64,000 nt of DNA, from assembly GCF_018350175.1 (NCBI RefSeq), contig NC_058368.1, forward strand, positions 104,162,001-104,226,000, given 5' to 3'. This DNA is from Felis catus (lineage: Eukaryota). Positions 38,299-51,027 of the stretch are shown here, piece by piece. The notes beneath the pieces were generated by a model. The model saw only the letters and a program-made list of their open reading frames with translations, searched no databases and was not told where the DNA came from. Position numbers and translations under genes: made by a program. Positions within the stretch are counted from its first letter, which is position 1, and every line of letters begins with the position of its first letter.

Positions 38299-39209
38299 AG
38301 TACATCCCTCTTGATTCAAGATATAAGAGAATGTGTTTTCTTTACATGTTTGGATGGAAGGGCCTTTCTTTTCTGATAATGTGTGTAAGTCTAGCTTTCT
38401 TGAATTGTGATTGCAGAGTGTGGCTTGAATTGCGTCCACTGTTTGAACTCTGTTCAGGCTCTTTTGGGGACCCAGATATGGTTAGGGTTCAAAGGGCCCT
38501 TGAAATGCAGATATATTATCGACTTTAAGGGAACACGGTATACTGGGTTTTATTGCATCTGAGTCACAGTGTCTTTCTTTTACATTTTAAAATCCCTGAT
38601 TGGGATTCATCTTTCAATTTTTGGCATCTTATAATTCCTTTTGGCCAGATGGCACTTGTAATGTGGTTGCTATTGCTGGCACATGGACAAACGTGGTCAC
38701 AGCTGCTTATATCATTACACTTCAGCTGAGTTATGTTTGCATTGCTGGCTCTATACATGTTGGGTTTAATTACCATTTTAAATATGGGCGAAAAGATTAT
38801 AGTATATGTTTTGGCCCTGAAACTAAAAGTTACTGGGCACAGAGCAAAGCTTGGAAATAAAGCTGAAAGGTATAAACTTGATATTAGTGGAGCAAATATT
38901 GTTGATGGGAGAATTGCTATAATTCCACATTTTCTTGCAAAAATAACCAAAGACTTGGTAGAACCTTCAAATAATAAATGACAGTGAGGTATGAGTGGAT
39001 GGATCTCTGTGACATTTTGTTCCTGAGATATGTACAGGAGTATACTTGTTGCACACCAGAGAGAGCAAACGAATTTAGGAGAAATTGCCAAGTCCCTCAA
39101 AAGAGCTGAAATAAATTTCACAACACACAGTTGACGTTCTTTTTCGTGCATTTTGCAGGCTACAATTAAGGCATTGTGTCACACTCTATTATTTTTTCCA
39201 ATTCACGAA

Positions 39210-40972
39210 TTTATTTATTTTGAGAGAGAGAGAGAGAACGAGTAGGGGAGGGGCAGAGAGAGAGGGAGAGAGAGAATCTCAAGCAGGCTCCCGCACTATC
39301 ATTGCAGAGCTGCTTGCAGGGCTTGATCTCACTTTCGATCATGACCTGAGCAGAAGTCAAGAGTTGGACGCTTAACCGAACCGAGTCACCCAGGCGCCCC
39401 CTTGTGTCACACTTGTGAATGATAGCATTCATTCTCTCAGGGCTACCAAAAAAGTGATAGGTTTTACAGCTGATGACATCTTACGCTCGAAGAAATGTGA
39501 TAACATTGACCAGTTCTACCTTATCATGTTGTTTGTGTTGTGCATATCCTCACATCCTTTTTAAAAAGTCTATGTGATCTGCTCTGGACCCTGAGATGCA
39601 ATTAAAGTCTCCTAAGGTAAGTGTATCTAATTCTGTTGTATCTTTTGTAATATCTGTTCTTTGACTATTGCCACTGTGTTTTCAGAGCCTGTCTATCCCT
39701 GACTTTGTAAATCATATCAATTAATATTGTAAGTAGCACCACTTGGTCTCATTTTATGTGTGTTTGGCATGAATTCCTATTGCCTGATATTAAGATCCCA
39801 ATTCCTGCTTTCTTTTAATCTGCATTTGCCCAGTTTACTTTTGCCCATTCTTTTATTTTCAACCTTTGTGAATCATTTTGTTTTAGGTGTATTTCTTTTA
39901 CATACTATAAAGTTTGGCTTCTGCTTTGTGATCTAATCTGAAAATCTGTTTATTTCTAAAAGGTACATAAGCACATTTTCGTTTTTTTTTTTGTTTTTTT
40001 TTTGATGTGACAGGGATATTTGATTTTTAAAAAATTATTTATTTATTTGTTTACTTATTTGCTCACTTATTTATTTTATTTTTCTTTTTTTATTACTTTT
40101 TTTTAACGTTTATTTATTTTTGAGACAGAGAGAGACAGAGCATGAACGGGGGAGGGTCAGAGAGAGAGAGGGAGACACAGAATCGGAAACAGGCTCCAGG
40201 CTATGAGCGGTCAGCACAGAGCCCGACGCGGGACTCGAACTCACAGACCACAAGATCATGACCTGAGCTGAAGTCGGACGCTTAACCGACCGAGCCACCC
40301 AGGCGCCCCTCACTTATTTATTTCAGAGGTGGGGGGAGTGCACAAGGAAGGAGAGAGGCAATGGGAGACAGAGAGAGAATCCTAAGCAGTTTTCACGCTC
40401 AGTGCAGAGCCTGACATGGGGCTGGATCCTGAGATCCTGGGATCATGATCTGAGCTGAGGTCAAGAGTAAGATGCTCAACCAGCAGAGCCACCCATATTT
40501 GATCTTTTTTTATGTCATTTTATTTTATTTTATTTTTTTAAATTTTTTTTAATGTTTATTTATTTTTGAGACAGAGCATGAACAGGGGAGGGGCAGAGAG
40601 AGAGGGAGACACAGAATCTGAAACAGGCTCCAGGCTCTGAGCTGTCAGCACAGAGCCCAACGCGGGGCTCGAACTCACAGACCATGAGATCATGACCTGA
40701 GCCGAAGTCGGATGCTTAACCGACCAAGCCACCCAGGCGCCCCATTTTTTTATGTCATTTTAAATGATACTTTGTTTTGATAATTCTAAAATTCTTTTGT
40801 GATATAATTTGCTTTTGTTCTTTTGATAATTCTGATTTTTTTTTTCATTTTTGGTGACTTCTTTTTTAAAGATTTTATTTTTAAGTAAGTTCTACACCCC
40901 ACATGGGGCTCAGACTCACCACCCCGAGATCAAGAGTTGCATGTTCTACTGACTGAGCCAGCAGGCACCCCC
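39210..40972 (-). mobile_element. Five - strand SINEs interleaved with an antisense L1 ORF2 (endonuclease-region) remnant (~39560-39990)
   Basis: SINE bodies; TTTGCCCATTCTTTTATTTTCAACCTTTGTGAATC L1 signature. Confidence 0.8.
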
Positions 40973-41014
40973 ATTTTTGTTGACTTTCATAATTTAAAAT
41001 GTTTACTTTAGGAA

Positions 41015-42385
41015 ATATATGCTTTTGCAAATCATATATCTGATAAAGGGGTTGTATCCAGAATTTGTTAAAAAATTCTCACAATTCAATACTAAAGACA
41101 AAAACCCAATTTAAAAATGGACAGAAGATTTGAATAAACACTTCCCCGAAGGAGATACGTGAATGGATAATAAAACATATGAAAAGATGCTCAAGTAGTT
41201 ATTATTGGGCAAATGCAAATCAAACCCACAATGAGACAGTACTTTGTATTTTCTAAGTCCTGGCATGAATGTTTGTAACTTTCCAAAATTTGTATCTTGA
41301 AGCCCTAACTTCCTATGTGACTGTATTTGGAGTCAGGACCCTTATGGAGGTAACTAAGTTAGTTGAAGTCTTAAGGGCAGGACCCTAATCCAATAGGATT
41401 AGTGTTCTTATAAGAAGAAGAGACCATAGGTCTCTCTTTCTTCACACATACAAAGAAGAAGTCACGATGTTAGCACACAGCAAGATGGTGTCTCCCTACA
41501 AGCCAGGAATAGAGTCTCACCAGGAACCAAAGTGCCTGGCACCATGATCTTGGCTTCCCACCCTCTAGAACCATGAGAAATCTTTCCATTATTCAAGCCA
41601 TTTGGTCTGTGGGATTGCATTATGGTGACCCGACCTAATACACCCTTGAGTAGCTCTAATTGGAAAGATGAATCATTACACGTATTGTTGAAGACATAGA
41701 GAAATTAAAATCCTCATACATTGCTGGTGGGACTGTAAAATGATGTAAGCTGCTTAGAAAACAGTCTGCCCATTCCTCAAAATGTTAAATATACACTTCC
41801 TTTAAGACTCAGTAATTCCCCTCCTAGGCATGTCCCCAAAAGAAACATACGTGTGGAAAGCATATGTACTTACGAAACTTGTTCATGAACACTCATAACA
41901 GCATTATTCATGATAGTTAAAAAAACAGGAATAACTCAAATGTCCATCACCTGATGAATCCATAAACAAATGTAGTATGTGTGGACAATAAAATATTCAT
42001 CAGTGAAAAGGAATGAAGTACGTGCTCTAACTTGGATGAACCTTGAAAATATGTTAAGTGAAATAAGCCAGACCCAAAAGGACAAATACTATAAGATTCC
42101 TTTTATATGAGATAGCTAGAACAGTCAAATTCATAGAGAAAGAAAGTAGATTAGTGGTTACGAGGGGCCACAGGAGAGCAAGGGGAGAGGTGGAAAATGG
42201 AGAGGTGGAAAATGGAGACTGGTAACAGGTACAGTCTTTTTGGAGTGACAAAAATGTTCCAATATTATATAGTGTTGATAGCACAACTCTGTGAAAACCA
42301 ATGAATTATATACTTTAAGTGGGTAACATTCATGATATATAAATTATATCTCAGTGAAACTGCTAAAAACCAAAAAGAAAATTAT
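41015..42385 (+). mobile_element. L1M ORF2-end/3'UTR split by an MLT1A-like LTR (~41257-41642)
   Basis: TTTGCAAATCATATATCTGATAAAGGG...; LTR with GGACCCTAATCCAATAGGATTAGTGTTCTTATAAGAAGA, ending CTAATACA. Confidence 0.8.
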
Positions 42386-42391
42386 ATGTGT

Positions 42392-42423
<32 letters not shown>

Positions 42424-42539
42424 ATACATATGATTTTTTAAAAGTAACCTCTACCCCCAACATGGGGCTCAAACTCATGACCCTGAAATCAAGAGTCAAA
42501 CGCTCTCACAGACAGAGCCAGCCAGGCACCCCAAAAGGT

Positions 42540-43782
42540 TTTTCCTAGTAAGACATGATTTAAAGTTCCCTGCATTTCAAACATGAAAAGATATATACAA
42601 ATAATGTGTAAAGCAGAGAAGACTATCATAATATCAGGCTATAATAATAGGCTATAAGGGAAAAAAAGCATTATTTGAGCTAAAAAGGATCCCTACATAT
42701 TAATATGAGGCTCAATTAGGTAGAAGATATATACATGTTGTAAACTTTTATGAATTTACCAACATAGCACCAAATCTAGAAAGCAAAATTTATTAGCACT
42801 TTGAGAGGAAATGGGATAATTCCTTATCCAAGAAGGAGATTTTGATGTATCTCTCTCAGTAAATGATCCTTAAGCAGAAGAAAAAAAAAATCAGCAGGGG
42901 TATTAAAGATTTAAACAAGGGGCACCTGGGTGGCTTGATTGGCTGAGCATCCAACTTCAGCTCAGGTCATGATCTCAGGATTCATGAGTTCAAGCCCCAT
43001 GTAGGGCTCTGTGCTGACAACTCAGAGCCTGGAGCCTGCTTCGATTCTGTGTCTCCCTTGCTCTCTGCCCCTCCCCCTGCTCATGCTCATGCTCTGTCTC
43101 TCTCTTAAAAATCAATAAACATTAAAAAAAAAAAAGATTTAGACACATGATTAACAAGCCAGATCTAATGGACATATAATCAGATACATTCCTGTCAAGC
43201 ACATATGGAACATTTTTAAGATTTATTTATGTGGTAGGCCACAAAATATAGCACAGAACCATCCGAAAAAAGGATCACAGTGTCTGTAACACTATAAATT
43301 TCACTGAAATATTTTAAAAACTAATAAATTTCTAGGTCCTGAGAGAGAGGGAGGGGGAAAGAGAGGAGGGAGAGGGAGAGCAAGAGGCTAAAACCGTGCC
43401 CGCAGGCTAAAACTCCTGAACTGTGAGATCACGACCTGCGCAGGTGCCCGCTGCCCGCCAATCAGTACTGCGGGGGCGGGCGCTCGCTCTCTCGCTCTCG
43501 CTCTCCCCCCTCTCTCTCTCTTCCTCTCTCTCTCTCTCTCTCCATGATCTCACAGTTTAGGAGTTTTAGGCTGTGAGCACCACTTGAGGAGAGAGCAAGA
43601 GCGAAGGGGGGTGGGGGGAGACGGGGGGGGGGGGAGTGGCGGGGAAGAGTGGGGGGTGGGATCTCTCTCCCCTCTCTCCCCTGTCTCTCTCCCTCTCCCT
43701 CTCATTCGAGGGGGGCGGGTAGTGAGAGAGGGGGTAGCGAGAGCGGGGGCAGGGGGGGAGAACAGGGGGCTCTCTCTCTGTC

Positions 43783-43829
<47 letters not shown>

Positions 43830-44835
43830 ACACGGGCAGGACAGATTAACGAGAAAGGAAAAAATTAGGAACCTGTTTCAAAGATTTCATGTAATAAATT
43901 TATGTAATAGATCAAGATGAAATACAGAAACAACATACAAATAAATTGAATTAATAGGTTTAAAAGCTTTCCCTGCAAAATAAACCAAACATTTTGGTCT
44001 GAATAATTTTACAAGCAAGTTTTACCAAAAAGTCAAGTGTGAGCTAATGGCAATCTTATTATCAACCATAGATAAAGAATAAACCCTTCCCAAATCATTT
44101 TAATAAGCTAGCATAACTTGATACCAAAAGACATATGAGAGAAGGATACAATTTAACCTCACTCATTAACATAAAGATAATAAAAATGCCAAGCAAAGTA
44201 TTTGCAAATGAATTCAGGAGTATATAACAAAGATAATATCTCGCAGTCCGTTTGGGTTGAGTCTGGATTTGCAAGGTTGAGCCAACAGGGGACAATGTGT
44301 TAGAGTACTTCACCATATTGAAACATTTCAACATGTGCAGAAAATTTTTTCCAGATGCAATTCCAGATGAAAGGTAAAACAATAAAGCTTTTAGAAGAAA
44401 AAATATGAGAATATCTTCTTGATCTTAGAAAAGGGAAAGAATTCTTAAACAGGATGTAAAATACACTAACCATAAAAGGAAAAATTATAAAATGGACCCT
44501 ATTAATATTTGAATTTTTAGTTCATCAAAAGATACCATTAAGAGATTATAAAAGCAATTCACAGAGTGAGAGAAGATAGTTGGTAAACATGTATCTAATA
44601 AAGACTTATATCTAGAATATATAATAACTTCTACAGATCTATAGGAAAAAGGACAAATAATCCCAAAAGAAAATAGGGACATGATTTAAACAGTGACACC
44701 AAATAGGAGGATGTCTGAATAGACAACAAGCATGTGAAAAGCCATTCAATTTTATTAGTAATCAGGAAAATGCAAATTCAAACCACAGTAAGATACCATT
44801 AAAACTCACAAAAAAGGCTATCTTTTTTTTTTTTT

Positions 44836-44881
<46 letters not shown>

Positions 44882-45400
44882 TGGGGAAGAGGGGCAGAGA
44901 GAGAGAGAAAGAGAATCCTAAGCATCTCCACGCCCAGCACAAAGCCCAATGTGGGGGCTTGATCCCATGACCTGAGGTGAAACCAAGAGGTGGATGCTCA
45001 ACTGACTGAGCCACCCAGGCACCCCCTCCAAAAGGGTAATATTAACAAGGCAGAAAATATCAACTTTTGGCAAGGCTGTAGAGGAACTGGGATTCTCAGA
45101 TATTCTTGTGAAGAGTGTAAGTCAGTCCAACTCTGGGAAATGTTTGGTGATATCTATTCAGTCTGAACATAGTGCATCTCCTATACCAAAAATTTCACTT
45201 GTAAGTATATATGCAACAAAAATTCTTAAGTAAATCACCAAAACACATGCACTAGAATTTTTATGGTGGCACTATTTGTGATAGTCCTCAAAAGGAAGCA
45301 ATCCAAAAGTCTATCGACAGCAAAATGGAAAAAGCAAACTGTAGTACGTTTGCACCGTGGACAACCATACAGCAATGAAAAAGGATGAATCACTCATGTA
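42540..45400 (+). mobile_element. Old L1 ORF2 remnants with SINEs (42919-43135 +, 44823-45026 -) and an unexplained insert at 43335-43865
   Basis: GATCTAATGGACATATA...CAAGCACATATGGAACATT...; GCTAGCATAACTTGATACCAAAA; GGAAAATGCAAATTCAAACCACA. Confidence 0.7.
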
Positions 45401-45699
45401 TTTTTTCTCAGGAGGCTACCAGACAATGTGGCTTTAATTAAGGGACTAAACCAAGATAAAGACATAGGTTCTGAGAAAACAAGATTCCAATGCAATGGAA
45501 AGATGAAAGGATTCTCCAGAACAATGAAGGAGAGAGGTCCCAGAGCAAGAGCTGTTCACCAGGCCTGGAGGGCCACTGATTCCTACTGGAACCCCCTGGG
45601 AAGCTCCAGGAGGGATCGCTGCACAGGGAACTGACTAAATACCTAACGTATCTGATCTTGCTGAGAAAAGAATTTCAAAACCAAGGAAAAGTTTAGGGT

Positions 45700-46042
45700 T
45701 GGCTATGGTCTGAATGTTTGTGTCTCCTCCCAAATTTGTATGTTAAAATCCTAACTCCCAACGGTGATGGTTTCAGTAGGTGGGGCCTTTGGGGTGATTA
45801 GGTCGCGAGGCCTTCATGGATGGGATTAGTACCTTTATAAGGACAGACCCCACAGAGCTTCCCAGCGCCTTCAGCCACGTGAGGGTACGATGAGGCGTCT
45901 ACAGTCTGGAAGAGGACCTGACTGGACCGTGCTGGCACTCTGATCTTGGACCTCCAGCCTTCAGAACTGTGAGAACTTTCTGCTGTTTATAAGCTACCCA
46001 GTCTGTGGGATTTTGTTCTAGCAGCGTGAATGCGCTAAGACA
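45700..46042 (+). mobile_element. MLT1A-like MaLR LTR
   Basis: GCTATGGTCTGAATGTTTGTGTC...GGTGGGGCCTTTGGG...CCAGCCTTCAGAACTGTGAGAA...CTAAGACA. Confidence 0.85.
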
Positions 46043-46245
46043 GGGGTGACCCAGTAAGAAACTCTATAGGGAGAAGATTGAGCAAATGCGAGGGAAGTAA
46101 TGATTAAATCTAGGGTTGAAAACTAGAGTTGAGGCAGGGAGATATGACACACAGAAAAGGGGATATTCAGGTATACCACTTGGCTAGCATTTACATAGTC
46201 ATAACAACGAAATACTGGACATTTATCTAAATACTTCGATAATGA

Positions 46246-47075
46246 GGGGCACCTGGGTGGCTCAGTCAGTTAAACATCCGGCTCTTGATTTCTGCTCAGG
46301 TCATGAGCTCACGGTTCATGGGATCCAGCTGTTCACAGGGAGCCTGCTTGGGACTCTCTCTCTCCGCTCTCTCTGCCCCCTCCCCTTTCTCGCTCTCTCT
46401 CAAAATAAACAAATAAACATCAAAAAAATAAACACTTTTGTAATGTAACTCTATTTGGAGTCAAGAGGATGAAAAGTATGCTTGTTGCCAAAGGCAGTGT
46501 ATGTGGTGTGTGTGTGTGTGGGGGTGTGTGTGTAAGAGAGAGGACAGAGACAGACTGACAGACCAACCAAACACATATTAATTCCTCACCACCCATAGTG
46601 TTAAAGAAGTGGTAGTATAAGCACATTATTTAGAGACTTGGAGGTAAGTATTGAAATAATGACAAAAAATAGTTCAAAGCTCTGGGAAATGGGAAATGGC
46701 GACAAGATGTGAGTAGGGTGACAGGTTGGAAGGTAAAACAGCTGAGATTAAAACATTGTTTTAATTTCTTTTGTTTTTTTTTGTTTTTTAATAAGCCTTA
46801 TGGAATCATTTGACTCTTTATACCGTGTATATATAATTTTTGGTAAAAAAAAAAAAAAGTGTGGGGGCGCCTGGATGGCTCAGTTGGTTGAGTGCCCGAC
46901 TTTAGCTCAGGTCGTGATCTCACAGTTTGTGGGTTTGAGCCCTGCATCAGGCTCAGTGCTGACAGCTCGGGGCCTGGAGCCTACTTTGGGTTCTGTCTCC
47001 TTCTCTCTCTGCCCCTCCCCCACTCAGGCTTTGTCTCACTCTGTTTCTCAAAAATAAATAAATGTAAAAAAAAAT
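46246..47075 (+). mobile_element. Two CAN-SINEs (46246-46430, 46864-47075) within old L1 3'UTR sequence
   Basis: SINE bodies. Confidence 0.8.
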
Positions 47076-47314
47076 TTTTTTTCAAAAGTGTGGTCAGTTG
47101 TGTTGAATGACCACCCCCCCCCCCCACACACACACAAAATAGGATAAAAAGTGATTATTTGGCAACATGGGCTCTTTGGTGACCCTGGAGAAGAACAAGT
47201 TCCTTCTACAACAGAAATTAAGAATAGATCCAGATACCTGGCTGGCTCAGTCCGTAGATTATGTGGCTCTTGATCTCAGGGCTCTGAGTTCGAGCCCCAC
47301 GTTTGGTGTAGAGA

Positions 47315-48373
47315 ATTTTTTTCTTTTATGTAGACAAATATTTTATTGGTCAGGATTTATGATGACAACAGCAAACAATTTATTTAAAAATATTTAGTTT
47401 CATGCCGACTCTTGGGGAAGGTCAGGGACTGAGGCTTGCATGCCACACAGCCAAGAATGAAATATAAAGAGAAGCTCTGCGCCACACATGGACTGCTCTC
47501 GGTGAAATCCACTGCCGGGGCCATCTGCTGCTTGGCACATCGAAGGGCAGGGTAGAACCTGCATTACAGCTACCCCAGGGAACCAGATATCTCGACCACT
47601 ATAGATTCCAGGAGATTTGGTTTCCCGTGTGAAGCTGCGATGTACGAAGTACAATCTGCTGAGTGAAACTCTCATGGCAAAAGAACTGGGAAATATCTTT
47701 TTTTTTTTTTAATCAATTCAAACTATTTTTATTACTTTGTTAGTAAATATAACATCTTGCCCTTTAATTTATTATTTTTTTTAAATTTACATCCAAGTCA
47801 TTTAGCATACTGCAACAGTGATTTCAGGAGTCGATTCCTTAATGCCTCTTACCCATTTAGCCCATCCCCCCTCCCACAATCCCTCCAGTAACCCTCTGTT
47901 TGTTCTCCATATTGAAGAGTCTCTCATGGTTTGTCGCCCTCCCTGTTCTTGTGTTATTTTTGCTTCCCTTCCCTTATGTTCACCTGTTCTGTGTCTTAAA
48001 GTCCTCATATGAGTGAAGTCATATTTGTCTTTCTCTGACTAATTTTGCTTAGCATAATACCCTCTAGTTTCATCCACATAGTTGCAAATGGCAAGATTTC
48101 ATTCTTTTTTTTTTTTTTTAATTTTTTTTTTCCAACGTTTATTTATTTTTGGGACAGAAAGAGACAGAGCATGAACGGGGGAGGGGCAGAGAGAGAGGGA
48201 GACACAGAATCGGAAACAGGCTCCAGGCTCTGAGCCATCAGCCCAGAGCCCGATGCGGGGCTCGAACTCACGGACCCCGCGAGATCGTGACCTGGCTGAA
48301 GTCGGACGCTTAACCGACTGCGCCACCCAGGCACCCCAAGATTTCATTCTTTTTGATTGCTGAGTAATACTCC

Positions 48374-48413
<40 letters not shown>

Positions 48414-48867
48414 CCACATTTTTTTTTTTTAACATTTATTGATTTTTGAGAGAAAGAGAGCACAACCTGGAGAGGGGCATAGAGAGAGGGAGACACAGAA
48501 TCGGAAGGAAGCTCCAGGCTCTGAGCTGTCAGCACAGAGCCCAATGCAGGGCTTGAACCCACGAGCTGCGAGATCATGACCTGAGCTGAGGTCAGACGCT
48601 TAACCGAGTCACTCATGCGTTCCTATACCACATCTTCTTTATCCATTCACCCATCGATGGACATTTGGGCTCTTTCCATACTTTGGCTATTGTCGATAGT
48701 GCTGCTATAAACATTGGGGTGCATGCGCCCCTTCGAAACAGCACACCTGTATCCCTTGGATAAATACCTAGTAGTGCAATTGCTAGGCCGTAGGGTAGTT
48801 CTATTTTTAATTTTTTGAGGAACCTCGATACCGTTTTCCAGAGTGGCTGTACCAGTTCCCATTCCCA
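47315..48867 (-). mobile_element. 5'-truncated carnivore L1 (47768-48867) with 3' transduced DNA (47328-47767), inserted into a SINEC_old; contains two later SINEs and a (TG)n
   Basis: TSD GGTGTAGAGA(A/G)TT at 47305 and 48868; the host SINE resumes at 48868; poly(T) at 47316-47327. Confidence 0.85.
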
Positions 48868-48901
48868 GGTGTAGAGAGTTCTTAAAAATAAAATCTTTAA
48901 A

Positions 48902-49125
48902 GGGGCGCCTGGGTGGTGCAGTCGGTTAAGCGTCCGACTTCAGCCAGGTCACGATCTCACGGTCCATGAGTTCGAGCCCCGCGTCAGGCTCTGGGCTGAT
49001 GGCTAGGAGCCTGGAGCCTGTTTCCAATTCTGTGTCTCCCTCTCTCTCTGCCCCTCCCCCGTTCATGCTGTGTCTCTCTCTGTCCCAAAAAATAAATAAA
49101 CGTTGAAAAAAAAAATTAAAAAAAA
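48902..49125 (+). mobile_element. Young SINEC_Fc
   Basis: GTGGTGCAGTCGG...CAGCCAGGTCACG subfamily variants. Confidence 0.9.
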
Positions 49126-50031
49126 TTATATCTTTAAAAAAATATAATGGTAATATTATATTATTATACTCAATATTATAAACACTCAGCCAACATCACT
49201 TTTCCCAAGAATTGCACATATTTTCATTCAAGATGTATTTTTATTTTTATGGTTTTTCTCTCATCTCGCGTATATGCTGAACCTAGAAGAACTCAGCATG
49301 TAAATATTTTTAGTTTGTTGTTAATTGCAGGTTATCCACTGCCATTCTCTCTAAAGTCATTTGCAGGTAGAAAACTTCAAAAGATAAATAGTGTGTAATC
49401 TTGACAGCTTCCCGCCCACCCTGCTCTCACTGTAATTCTTCCCTTGCACCTGAGGGCCTTTCCCGGGTGAACTAGATATGAGTCATTCTTTGCTTTAAGA
49501 GATGGGTTCCATTACTGGCATCTTGAGGTTATAAAGCCACTGGTGAAGTCTAGGTGAAGACTGAAAAATTCAGATTCACATTTCCAGCTCCCCACCCTCC
49601 TCTCCCCACCCACCCCTCCTCACCTCCAACCAAGTTAAGATTCCATAGGAAAGGATAGAAAGAGGAGAGAGACCACACAGGGAGAAGGGGGTGGAGAAAG
49701 GCCAGGAGAGCCAGTGTCTGTGGTGGGTCTGCTTCTTAGAGGCCATCTAGTCTCCAGTCAGGTGAGGATGTTTCTGCTGTGTTGTTCCCAGAACACCACC
49801 CCCGCCTCTGGGAATTCCATCCAGAACCCTGGACTCTGGGAAAGGTGAAGAAGGAGAGCCAGTCCTGTCTGTAACTTTGGCCATCTGCACACCAGGGAGT
49901 AAAACAGTTGTCTTTTTGCAGGGTGACTACATTAACATGAATAGTTTTATTCTTTTATTCGGTATTTTTTTCAGTAAGTTTTCAAATGAAACACGTTGCC
50001 TTTCTTTACTTCTAGAAGCATTAAATATTTC

Positions 50032-50906
50032 GGAGTACCTGGGTGGCTCAGTTGGTTAAGCGTCTGATTCAGACTCAGTCAGCTCAGGTCATGATCTCAC
50101 GGTTTGTGAGTTCAAGTCCCGAATCAGGCTCTGTGCTGACAGCTCAGAGCCTGGAGCCTGCTTGGGATTCTGTGTCTCTCTGTCTCTTTCTGCCACTTCC
50201 CTGCTCGTACTCTGTCTCTCTTTCCTCAAAATGAATAAACATTAAAAAAAAAAAGATTAGGGGTGCCTGGGTGGCTCAGTCGGTTAAGCCTCCGACTTCA
50301 ACTCAGGTCACAATCTCGCGGTCCATGAGTTCGAGCCCCATGTCGGGCTCTGGGCTGATGGCTTGGAGCCTGGAGCCTGCTTCGGATTCTGTGTCTCCCT
50401 CTCTCTCTGCCCCTCCCCCGTTCATGCTCTCTCTCTGTCTCAAAAATAAATAAACGTTAGGGACGCCTGGGTGGCTCAGTTGGTTAAGCGGCTGACTTCC
50501 GCTCAGGTCATGATCTCATGGTCCGTGAGTTCAAGCCCCGCGTTGGGCTCTGTGCTGACCACTCAGAGCCTGGGGCCTGTTTCAGATTCTGTGTCTGCCT
50601 CTCTCTCTGCCCCTCCCCCGTTCATGCTCTCTCTCTGTCTCAAAAATAAATAAACGTTAGGGGCGCCTGGGTGGCTCAGTTGGTTAAGCGGCTGACTTCC
50701 GCTCAGGTCATGATCTCATGGTCCGTGAGTTCAAGCCCCGCGTTGGGCTCTGTGCTGACCGCTCAGAGCCTGGGGCCTGTTTCAGATTCTGTGTCTGCCT
50801 CTCTCTCTGACCCTCTCCCGTTCATGCTCTCTCTCTGTCTCAAAAATAAATAAACGTTAAAAAATAAATAAATAAATAAATAAACGTTAAAAAAATTTAA
50901 AAAAAG
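50032..50906 (+). mobile_element. Four head-to-tail SINEs; the last three have an exact 200-nt period
   Basis: Units start at 50261, 50461 and 50661; outer TSD ATTAAATATTTC at 50020-50031 and 50907-50918. Confidence 0.92.
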
Positions 50907-51027
50907 ATTAAATATTTCAAGATTATTAACACCAAAGTTGGTCAAATATATTCCATACTTTTCCCTTTATATAGCATTACATATTGAATAAGGCCATGAA
51001 CCGCTGTGGCCAAATGCGATTTATTAA

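Noticed and set aside
47400..47675. 91-aa ORF within the L1-transduced segment
   Set aside because: No recognisable homology and no evidence of a promoter; length is compatible with chance.
50261..50860. Regular 200-nt periodicity suggesting a CRISPR-like array
   Set aside because: Units are whole SINEs with no unique spacers; the DNA is eukaryotic and has no cas genes.
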